This document shows, piece by piece, positions 33,163 to 40,500 of a stretch of DNA of 40,500 nucleotides. The position numbers and the translations under genes are program-made. The DNA is from Candidatus Bathyarchaeia archaeon (lineage in GTDB: Bacteria; Patescibacteriota; Microgenomatia; UBA1400): positions 1 through 40,500 of the forward strand of contig DATKWX010000008.1 in the NCBI GenBank assembly GCA_035529355.1, in the 5' to 3' direction. The notes under the pieces were generated by a model that did no database searches, had not been told where the DNA came from, and saw nothing but the letters and a program-made list of their open reading frames with translations. Numbering within the stretch: the stretch's first letter is position 1; each line of letters opens with the position of its first letter.

Positions 33163-36100
33163 ATGATAAAAAGTGTTTTAAAATTTTTTGGCTGGTTACT
33201 CGTCTCGTTAATTGTTTATTTGGAGAGGTTTATTTTTTTAATTTTTAGTTTAAGCTTATTTTTTATTATTACTTTATTTTTTGGTCATGGATTTTTGACA
33301 AGCGAAGACTTGCTGGGGAATGATATTTACAATGTTTTTTCTCATATTAACTGGATCAACCGCTATTTTCCCAAGATTCCCTTTTGGTACCCAGTTGAAG
33401 GAACAGGAACTTCCCTGCAGTATGGCTATCCGATTCTTAGCCATCTAATTACTGTTTTTGCTTCCCGATTATTTGGCTTATCAATTATTGAGAGTTTTCG
33501 CTGGCTGGGATTTTTGTCAATTTTTTTAACCGGAGCAGGCATTTATTTCTATGGTTGGTTAAGGCTTAAATCTCAAATAATTGGTTTAATGGCAGGCTTT
33601 TTTTATTTAGTTTCAACAATCGCTTATTGCTGGCTTTTTCAATTTGGTTTTTATGCTGAAAGCATAGGCTTGGTATTTATGCCTTGGGCAATTATTTGTT
33701 TTGAATTTTTCTTGGAAAAATTACAGAAGAAGCAGGGGAAAGCATTTTTTTGGCTATTTTTAAGTGCCTTGCTTTGGGGGATGGCGTTCTTTTGCCATTA
33801 TGTTCTTGGCATCGGTTTACTGACTTATTTTTTCTTTTTAACCATAAATTCTTTTTGGAAAAAGAGGAAACTTTCAAGAAAAAGGATAAAAAGAGGAATT
33901 TTGGCAATTTTAATTTTTGGCTTGGCGATTTTTGGCCTATGGAGTTTTAGATTTATACCTTCGGCAAGATTTTTAATGATTGCTGACCGTGAAGGCTTGG
34001 AAACCAAGCATTCTTTTGAGCAGCTTGACTACAGCGCCCCTCAATTAAAAACACTTTTCGCTATGGTAGCACCAATACTGGAAACAGAAGAGTTTAAAGA
34101 TGCTGATTATTTTTGGAAAGAATACCATTTTGTTTTACCGGTAATTTTGCTTTTTTTCCTCGGTTCTTTAGTTTGCTTATTTATTCCAAATCTTAGGTTA
34201 TTTGTTATTTTTTCATGGTGGGCATTTATAATTTTTTCCTTACCTCATCTGCGTTATTTTTTGATGAAAAAATTGCCTTTTGGCCTTTTTTTCTTTTTTG
34301 ATATCCGGACGTTTTTTAGTGTCGTAAGATTAATGATTCCTATAGTGACTGGAGCAGGAATATGGAAGTTGCTAACTGGAGTTCATGAATTAGTGGTCAG
34401 GATTTTTACGGGTAAAAGAAAGAAAAGCTGGTCGGAGAGACTGATTAAAGAAACTATGGCACTTCCTTTACTGCTGGGATTACTGATGTTTTTGTTTTAT
34501 TTTGGCCGTAAACTGCCTGAGGACCCTTCTTGGGTTTTGCGTTATGGCTGGAATAGCCTTGGTGAACGTGGAGCTTTTGATTTGCGGGACATTTGGCATA
34601 AAAGAAACGATGACATTTGCCCTCTTAGTATTGAAGGAAAGAAAGAATTGGAGGAAAAACTTTGTCAATTTCCTCAAGTAAGGAGCAAGTTTAATGTAAT
34701 TGAATTAAGCACTTTTTGTGTGCAAGAAAGAGATGCCCAAAAAGAATTGCCTGATTTTTGTTTAGCGGAAAGGATTGATCAGCAAACAGTTGATCAGCTT
34801 TTAGAGTGGTGTGATAAAAGCCCTGATTCTGTTTATTGCCAAGCAAGATTTGACAGCCCGGCTGTGCAGATTGCTAAATTCCTGCCTGAACTAAAACTAA
34901 ACAGGCAAGTTAATTTTTTAGAAGAGCAAGAACGAGGTTTTTTAAAAAATTTAAAAGAGCAAGAAGTAAATCGCTATGATGTTTCTCCAAAACTAGCCAG
35001 ATTTATTAACGGCAGCACTTATTATACTGATGTTTCTAGGTTTACTTTTTCTACGCATCAGCTTTCTTTAAATCATAGTTTTTGGAGTTATTTGCAGGGA
35101 CTTTATTATACTGATGATCCAGTTAATCGTACTCCCGGAGTGGTGGAGGAATTAGCCAAATGGTTTGGAATTAAAAAGGTTTTTTTAAATATAGATGATC
35201 CGATTGAAAATTTTGATGGAAATTTTTGGTTTAAGGATGATGAAACATCCAAGCTGGTAAGCCTAAAAACAAAGGAAGCTTTAAAATTGGCTGTTTTAAG
35301 CAATCGGCCGACCTTTTTGGTAATCGGCGATTTTAAAAAAGGAGTTCTTCATGACCTTTTTAAGTTATCAAATAGAGGGGTTCTTCCTTATGATGATTTT
35401 TGGTTGGTAGAAGGAAGTAAAAATGTTGATGATTATAGTTTAAATGAGCTTAAGAATTTTGACGGATTAATCTTGCACGGTTATGGTTATAAAAGCCGGC
35501 AAAGGGGATGGGAAAGGTTGGATCAATATATAAAAGAAGGAGGATTAGTTTTTCTTAATGCTGGTTGGCAATATACAGTGCCTGATTGGGAAATGGAAGA
35601 GGCACCGAAATTTTTACCGGTTAAGCAAACAAAATGGACTGATTACGGCAAAACAGGCGATTTTTTAGTTAATGAAAATCTTTTAGGAAAAGGAGTAGAA
35701 GAGGATAAATTTGCAGATTTAGTTTGGGATGGAAAACCATGGAGCGTTTCTGGAGTAAAATCAAATGATTTAAGAGATTGGGCTCAAATAATACTTTCAT
35801 TTAAAGACAATCCTTTAATGGTAGGAGGTAATTACGGAAAAGGAAAGGTGATTTGGTCTGGAGTAAATCTTTTGGCTCATGCTTTGGAAAATAAAAATGA
35901 AGAAGAAATAAAATTTTTAGGAACGGTATTTAAGTGGTTGGCAAAAGATAAAGAAAAAAAAGATGTTGACTTGGAAATTTTAAGGTCAAATCCAGATAAG
36001 GTAGAGTTTATTTTTCATGGTGACCTAAAAAGGGGTTGGTTGTTGTGGAAAGAAGCTTATTTTACTGATTGGCGGGCAAAGATTTATCAAAATGGCGAGG

Positions 36101-36390
36101 TAGAGAAAATTAAAATTTACCGTGGTGGACCTAGCCTTATGATTATGCCTCTTAAAGAAATTAAAGAAGGTGATAGATTGAAGCTTTATTATCAAGAGCC
36201 GGTTTTATTTAAGTTTTTAAAAATTTTAGCAGTAATGACTTTTTTAGTTCTTTTTACTTTGATGTTTGGCTGTGGGCGAAAGTTTAGTAGATCAGCTATA
36301 GCGAGGTTAAGCAGACTTAGGCCAAAAAGTTTAAACTTTAACTTTTTTAAAAGTTTAAAAGAAAAATGGGGGAAAGAAGAAGATTATTAA
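33163..36390 (+). CDS. large polytopic membrane protein with about 550-aa extracytoplasmic domain and C-terminal TM (GT-C/YfhO-like candidate)
   Basis: 1075 aa with about 13 N-terminal helices, a long hydrophilic domain and a terminal helix (ILAVMTFLVLFTLMF) followed by a basic tail. The family call is by architecture only. Confidence 0.6.
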   Translation: MIKSVLKFFGWLLVSLIVYLERFIFLIFSLSLFFIITLFFGHGFLTSEDLLGNDIYNVFSHINWINRYFPKIPFWYPVEGTGTSLQYGYPILSHLITVFASRLFGLSIIESFRWLGFLSIFLTGAGIYFYGWLRLKSQIIGLMAGFFYLVSTIAYCWLFQFGFYAESIGLVFMPWAIICFEFFLEKLQKKQGKAFFWLFLSALLWGMAFFCHYVLGIGLLTYFFFLTINSFWKKRKLSRKRIKRGILAILIFGLAIFGLWSFRFIPSARFLMIADREGLETKHSFEQLDYSAPQLKTLFAMVAPILETEEFKDADYFWKEYHFVLPVILLFFLGSLVCLFIPNLRLFVIFSWWAFIIFSLPHLRYFLMKKLPFGLFFFFDIRTFFSVVRLMIPIVTGAGIWKLLTGVHELVVRIFTGKRKKSWSERLIKETMALPLLLGLLMFLFYFGRKLPEDPSWVLRYGWNSLGERGAFDLRDIWHKRNDDICPLSIEGKKELEEKLCQFPQVRSKFNVIELSTFCVQERDAQKELPDFCLAERIDQQTVDQLLEWCDKSPDSVYCQARFDSPAVQIAKFLPELKLNRQVNFLEEQERGFLKNLKEQEVNRYDVSPKLARFINGSTYYTDVSRFTFSTHQLSLNHSFWSYLQGLYYTDDPVNRTPGVVEELAKWFGIKKVFLNIDDPIENFDGNFWFKDDETSKLVSLKTKEALKLAVLSNRPTFLVIGDFKKGVLHDLFKLSNRGVLPYDDFWLVEGSKNVDDYSLNELKNFDGLILHGYGYKSRQRGWERLDQYIKEGGLVFLNAGWQYTVPDWEMEEAPKFLPVKQTKWTDYGKTGDFLVNENLLGKGVEEDKFADLVWDGKPWSVSGVKSNDLRDWAQIILSFKDNPLMVGGNYGKGKVIWSGVNLLAHALENKNEEEIKFLGTVFKWLAKDKEKKDVDLEILRSNPDKVEFIFHGDLKRGWLLWKEAYFTDWRAKIYQNGEVEKIKIYRGGPSLMIMPLKEIKEGDRLKLYYQEPVLFKFLKILAVMTFLVLFTLMFGCGRKFSRSAIARLSRLRPKSLNFNFFKSLKEKWGKEEDY

Positions 36391-37535
36391 AAAAGCCAAT
36401 TTTAGCTGTTATTAGAGGCTTAGGGCCAAGAATGGCCCAAATTTATTTTTATAGCCAATTTAAGCATTTTCAGATTAGGCTGATTGCTAATAGTTTTCCG
36501 AAAGAAGCAGACAAGTTTAAAACTAAGATTGAGTTTATTAAGCTGGGGTTAAAACCTTTTTACGGTTTTGACCCTTTCAGTTTAAAGGGAGTTAATCATC
36601 GCTCCTGGGTGGGATTTGACGGCTTAGAAAAGTGTTTAAAAGATGTTAAGGTAATAGAAACCCTTACTAGTTTTTATTTTTATTCTCGGCAGGCGGCGAT
36701 TTTGGCTGAGAAACTTCATAAACCTTTAGTAGTGAGTATTTGGGAAATTAATCCCTTTCATCCCGCCACTTGGTTGCCTCCTTATTGTTTTAATGTACGA
36801 AAGGTCTTGCGTCAGGGAGACTTGTTTATTTTAAAGAGTAAAAAATCAGGCGAGTTTTTAGACAGATTTAAAATAGAAGAAAAAAGAAGAAAGCAAATCT
36901 ACATGGGGATTGATTTAAAGCTTTTTAAACCTGGGAAAGGAGGAGGGGGCAGCCGAATTTTGTATGTTGGCCGTTTGGTTAAATCAAAAGGAGTAGAAGA
37001 TTTAATTGAAGCTTTTAGGATTCTGAGCATGAGAAGGAGGGAAACCGAGCTTTGGTTAGTGGGTGAAGGACCGTTAAAGGAAAGATTAAAAAAATTGACC
37101 CGGGGGTTACCGGTTAAAGTTTTGGGAAGATTGAGTTATAAAAAAATGCCGGCTTTATATCAAAAAGCAGACTTAGTTTGCTTGCCCAGCAAAACTGGTA
37201 GATACTTTGGTCTTATAAAAAGAGAAGAAATGTTTCCCTATGTAGGAATGGAAGCAATGGCCAGTGGTTTAGCGGTGGTAGGTACCAGAACAGGAGGGAT
37301 TCCTGAAGCAGTTGGCCCGGCAAATACTTTAGTAAAAGCAGGTGATATTAAGGCTTTGGTAAAAGGAATAGAAAAATTTTTAAGCAATAAAGTTCTAAGA
37401 AGAAAAACAGGGATGTTAAATAGAAAATTCGCTTTAAAGAACTATGACCTGAAACGACAAGCCAGAAAAACAGAGGAAGCAATTTTGGCCTTATTGTCTG
37501 CGCCAAAGCGGGAGGAAGTGAAGAAGACGCCTTAA
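36366..37535 (+). CDS. GT4-family glycosyltransferase
   Basis: VGRLVKSKGVEDLIEAF and E-x7-E motif EMFPYVGME, followed by AMASGLAVVGTRTGGIPE. The start overlaps the previous gene. Confidence 0.75.
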   Translation: MGERRRLLKKPILAVIRGLGPRMAQIYFYSQFKHFQIRLIANSFPKEADKFKTKIEFIKLGLKPFYGFDPFSLKGVNHRSWVGFDGLEKCLKDVKVIETLTSFYFYSRQAAILAEKLHKPLVVSIWEINPFHPATWLPPYCFNVRKVLRQGDLFILKSKKSGEFLDRFKIEEKRRKQIYMGIDLKLFKPGKGGGGSRILYVGRLVKSKGVEDLIEAFRILSMRRRETELWLVGEGPLKERLKKLTRGLPVKVLGRLSYKKMPALYQKADLVCLPSKTGRYFGLIKREEMFPYVGMEAMASGLAVVGTRTGGIPEAVGPANTLVKAGDIKALVKGIEKFLSNKVLRRKTGMLNRKFALKNYDLKRQARKTEEAILALLSAPKREEVKKTP

Positions 37536-38468
37536 TTGGGGAACAGCCTTTTTTATAGTCAGTTCAGGAAAAAAAGATATAGCAATCGTACTAAGCAAAG
37601 AAGGTTGAGAAAGAGTACAGGAGCGGCAAAGAGGTTTCAACCGGCGTTTCTTAAAACTGGCGCGCAGATTCTGCCAGACTGGACCATTCCAGATAGCTTG
37701 AAAAGACTGATTTTTAATATTGCCGAGTTTGAAGCGGCAATTTGTATCCAAACAACAGGGATAGACTTCTCCCTGCCAACTGACCAAAAAAGTGCGCCAA
37801 GGAGAAAGGCAATACAAAGGCTTGCTGGATCTATTTTTTATATTAGTTGTCTGCGTTACTGGTTTAATATAGACAATAGAGGCGCGTTTATTGCTCCAGT
37901 ATTTTTTAAAATCAGCGACTTCGTTTTGATTTAGTTCCTGTTTAACGAGCTGAATAACGGTGAAGCTGGGTGAGCCTTTTTCTTGAGCCTTTTTCAAAAA
38001 GTAAGCAACATTCTTCCGCACCTGAGTAAAATTGCCTCCGCGCCTGATTTTTTGGTAGGTTTTAGCATTAAAGGCATCAATGGCAAAAATAAGATGGTCA
38101 GGGGGGTGGTTAATTAGTTGTTCCGTCATTTTCTTGTCCAAAATAGTAGCATTAGTAGAAAGAGCAACCGGGACGCCTTTTTGGTGGCAGTAGTCAATCA
38201 TCTTAAACAAAAAAGGGCATAACAAAGGTTCCCCCCGGCCGTATAAACCGTACATTTCCGCTGTAGAACAGGTTTGATCGATAATTTTGGTAAATAATTT
38301 CCAGCTCATATGTCCAAGATGCCGAGTCATTTCCTGGCGAGCGCACATTACACAATTCAGATTGCAGTGATTAGTTATTTCAATGCCGACTTCTACCGGA
38401 CCGTGAGAGGCGTAGGGATATTGGTTTAGAAAGTTATTTAGTAGTTTGAGACGATTAATAAAAGACAT
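37491..38468 (-). CDS. radical SAM protein with C-terminal SPASM-type domain
   Basis: ITNHCNLNCVMC (CxxxCxxC) near the N-terminus and GRGEPLL. C-terminal cysteines in CLSPW...YPCCLD...CRSC. Confidence 0.8.
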   Translation of the reverse strand: MSFINRLKLLNNFLNQYPYASHGPVEVGIEITNHCNLNCVMCARQEMTRHLGHMSWKLFTKIIDQTCSTAEMYGLYGRGEPLLCPFLFKMIDYCHQKGVPVALSTNATILDKKMTEQLINHPPDHLIFAIDAFNAKTYQKIRRGGNFTQVRKNVAYFLKKAQEKGSPSFTVIQLVKQELNQNEVADFKKYWSNKRASIVYIKPVTQTTNIKNRSSKPLYCLSPWRTFLVSWQGEVYPCCLDTNCRFKLGNIKNQSFQAIWNGPVWQNLRASFKKRRLKPLCRSCTLSQPSLLSTIAISFFPELTIKKAVPQLRRLLHFLPLWRRQ

Positions 38469-38513
38469 AAAGGAAACTAAAACCAGGTCTTAGACAATAA
38501 TTTTTAAAACTAT

Positions 38514-40013
38514 TCATAATTTAATTTTAGCATTTTCAGCCTTTACTAACCACCGTCCCGGAGAAATAATTTTAGCCAAGGTTAAATCAAGCCGGTAAAG
38601 AAAGGAAAAACATTTTTCGGCAAATTTTTTAGGTAGAAGATTAAGCCAGATAGGGATGGTTACTTCTAAAGGTAGCTTTTTTATGAGTTTAAACTTATTC
38701 TTTTCAAGGATTTTGTTTAGCTTTTCAAGAGAAAGAGGGTAGGTATCTTTAAGAAGTTGAGGAGAAAAAATCCTGTGGAAACGATTAGGATTCCCGCTAT
38801 CAAAAACAAGGCTCTTTTGGGTAACGCGGGCCATTTCTTTGATGGCCAGATTATTGTTTTTAATATGCCAGATAACCCGGAGGCTGAATGTTTGCGGGAA
38901 GCTTTTTGAAGGAAAAGGAAGTTTTTCTGCTTTTGCCTTGATTCCTAGAGGAAGATTTTTTTTCTTTTGGTATTCATGAAGCATAGCCAAAGACGGTTCA
39001 GTAGGAATTATTTTAAAGCCGTGCTCAGTTAATTTTTGCGTTATTCTTCCGGTGCCGGCCCCTATTTCCAGGGTTTTTAAACAAGGATTAAGAAGAGCCA
39101 AAAGAGCCTTGGTTTCAGCATAGTCTTTATAAAGATCATAGTTTTTAGTTAGGCGTTGGGTTTCATAGAAATGGGCTTGATGGAAAGAAGCGTAGGAAGC
39201 AGTTCTTTGATAGGGGAAAAACCGGCCAAGATTGAAAAAGACAAGATCAAATGGCTTTAAACTAAAAAGAAGTAAACTGGCAGAGGGAAAAGCTAAAAGC
39301 AGGTTAATATTTTTGGTGAGGAGTTTAAGTCTAAAGCTTAGTTTGGTTTGGTTGATTTGTTGGTACTTTCTTTTAAGGTAAGAATAGACGCGGCCTCTTT
39401 GAAAATAACGTTTCCAAGTAAGAAAAACACTGCTGGATTGGAAAGACTTTATGGGGTAAGGGAAAAAGGTGATTTTAATCTTTTCTTTTTCCAGTGAGAG
39501 CCGGAGATCCCAATCATCAAGAGGATTAGCATTGGGGTCAAAACCGCCAATTTTTCTAAAAAGGCTTTTTTTAATTACCCTGGGCGATTCTAAAACAGTA
39601 TTTTTTAATAACCTTTTTTCTAAAAATCTGGCTTTTTGGATAAGGGTTTTTGGTTTAGGAAAGACTTCGGGGATAATAAGAGAGTCAACAGGATGGTGAA
39701 GAAAATTTACTAGTTTTGCTAAAAAGTTTTTCTCTAATCGAAGATCGGCATCAAGATGAAAAAGATATTTTCCTTTAGCTTCTTGGGCGCCGAGATTTCT
39801 GGCGACTGATTTATTCCAATTTCCGGTAATGATTTTAACAAATGGATATTTTTTAAAAATACAGGCGTTTTTTTTAGCAAAGTCAGGAAAGGTGACAATA
39901 ATTACCTCAAAATTTATATAATTTTGATGGGCTAGGGAATCAAGACAGCGCTTAATTTTTACTTTGCTTTCTTGTCTGGATAAAGGAAGAATAATAGAGA
40001 TAATCATTTGCAT
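38514..40013 (-). CDS. fusion protein: GT2 glycosyltransferase + class I SAM methyltransferase
   Basis: N-terminus ISIILPLSRQ...FHLDADLRL (GT2, DxD). The C-terminal half has LEIGAGTGRITQKL (motif I) and EKLPFPSKSF. Confidence 0.75.
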   Translation of the reverse strand: MQMIISIILPLSRQESKVKIKRCLDSLAHQNYINFEVIIVTFPDFAKKNACIFKKYPFVKIITGNWNKSVARNLGAQEAKGKYLFHLDADLRLEKNFLAKLVNFLHHPVDSLIIPEVFPKPKTLIQKARFLEKRLLKNTVLESPRVIKKSLFRKIGGFDPNANPLDDWDLRLSLEKEKIKITFFPYPIKSFQSSSVFLTWKRYFQRGRVYSYLKRKYQQINQTKLSFRLKLLTKNINLLLAFPSASLLLFSLKPFDLVFFNLGRFFPYQRTASYASFHQAHFYETQRLTKNYDLYKDYAETKALLALLNPCLKTLEIGAGTGRITQKLTEHGFKIIPTEPSLAMLHEYQKKKNLPLGIKAKAEKLPFPSKSFPQTFSLRVIWHIKNNNLAIKEMARVTQKSLVFDSGNPNRFHRIFSPQLLKDTYPLSLEKLNKILEKNKFKLIKKLPLEVTIPIWLNLLPKKFAEKCFSFLYRLDLTLAKIISPGRWLVKAENAKIKL

Positions 40014-40079
40014 TTTATTATATCAATTTTATGACTCTAAAGAAGCATTATTGGGGAATCAATGTATAATATAGAGATT

Positions 40080-40500
40080 ATGTTGAAGAAAATAATAATT
40101 TTTTTTGTTGTTTTATTGTTGAATTGTTACATTGTTGGAAGAGTTTTTGCTTCTAATAATAAAGTCGGCATCCATATTTTGGAAACAGCTGAAGTAGAGC
40201 AAGCAGGCCGGTTGGTAAATTCTTCAGGTGGTGATTGGGGTTATGCGACCATTGTCTTGCGGGATGATGATATGGATAAAGAGAAATGGCAGAAATTTAT
40301 GGATGACTGCCGCAGGTTGCACTTAATTCCTATTGTGCGTTTAGGGACTCACACAACTCCGGCTGGTTGGGCAAAACCGGAAAGCCTTAGTAAGTGGCCG
40401 GATTTTTTGGATTCCCTAAATTGGCCGGTCAAAGAACAATGGGTAGTTTTATTTAACGAACCCAATCACACTTCAGAATGGGCTGGAGAAATAAACCCTT
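40080..40500 (+). CDS. 5' part of a secreted/anchored GH-A-like glycosidase (partial, runs off window)
   Basis: ATG 40080 opens a frame that stays open to the window end. It has a signal-like N-terminus (IIIFFVVLLLNCYIVG) and the motif VVLFNEPNH (NEP), as in clan GH-A enzymes. Confidence 0.5.
   Translation, partial: MLKKIIIFFVVLLLNCYIVGRVFASNNKVGIHILETAEVEQAGRLVNSSGGDWGYATIVLRDDDMDKEKWQKFMDDCRRLHLIPIVRLGTHTTPAGWAKPESLSKWPDFLDSLNWPVKEQWVVLFNEPNHTSEWAGEINP

Noticed and set aside
37536-37934. 132-aa + strand ORF
   Set aside because: It is entirely antisense to the radical SAM gene, which has clear CxxxCxxC and SPASM motifs. The translation is basic and low-complexity with no motif.
1-40500. 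Search for tRNA, rRNA, tmRNA-like T-loop motifs, and for a reverse transcriptase or template repeat that could mark a diversity-generating retroelement acting on the ectodomains
   Set aside because: No GTTCRANYC T-loop in a cloverleaf context was seen in intergenic DNA. There is no rRNA-like conserved segment, no RT motif (YxDD) ORF, and no near-duplicate of ectodomain segments in the window.

Overview
AT-rich, tightly packed bacterial sequence. The style suggests an uncultivated Patescibacteria/CPR-like genome, but that is inference from composition and gene content only. No rRNA, tRNA or CRISPR array was found.

Gene order:
- (i) 1-5715, + strand: a membrane-anchored serine hydrolase, a small anchored protein, a clan GH-A glycosidase, a minimal 181-aa exosortase/archaeosortase-family protein, and a polytopic membrane protein.
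- (ii) 5733-6490, - strand: two small HTH regulators. One is membrane-anchored and the other is MerR/HspR-like.
- (iii) 7196-15637 and 15981-19595: two tandem giant paralogs of 2813 aa and 1204 aa. Each sits behind a long AT-rich non-coding leader. Each fuses two transposase-type HTH modules, TM helices, an Asn/Gly linker, a processive GT2 synthase core (D, DxD, TED, QxxRW), further TM helices and a surface ectodomain (two LamG-like modules in the large copy). Each ends in a PE[Y/R]-hydrophobic-basic C-terminal sorting signal.
- (iv) 19571-20330: a REP-associated tyrosine transposase (RAYT) flanked by palindromic REP hairpins. Other copies of the same hairpin lie at 6151 and 15612, and hairpin copies supply the last codons and stop codon of both giant ORFs.
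- (v) 20341-40013: a glycan assembly/modification cluster of about 20 kb. The + strand genes from 20341 to 37535 are tightly packed and operon-like. The cluster holds four GT4 enzymes, a sugar epimerase/dehydratase, four or five class I methyltransferases (one frameshifted), three large polytopic GT-C-like proteins, a GT2-TM-radical SAM/SPASM fusion, a separate radical SAM/SPASM protein and a GT2-methyltransferase fusion.
- (vi) 40080 to the window end: a partial second GH-A-like gene.

The strongest candidate for an undescribed system is the pairing of the minimal exosortase-family gene with the two HTH-GT2 synthase-ectodomain proteins that carry matching C-terminal signals. A second notable point is a palindromic hairpin element inserted in frame inside the GT2 region of the larger paralog.
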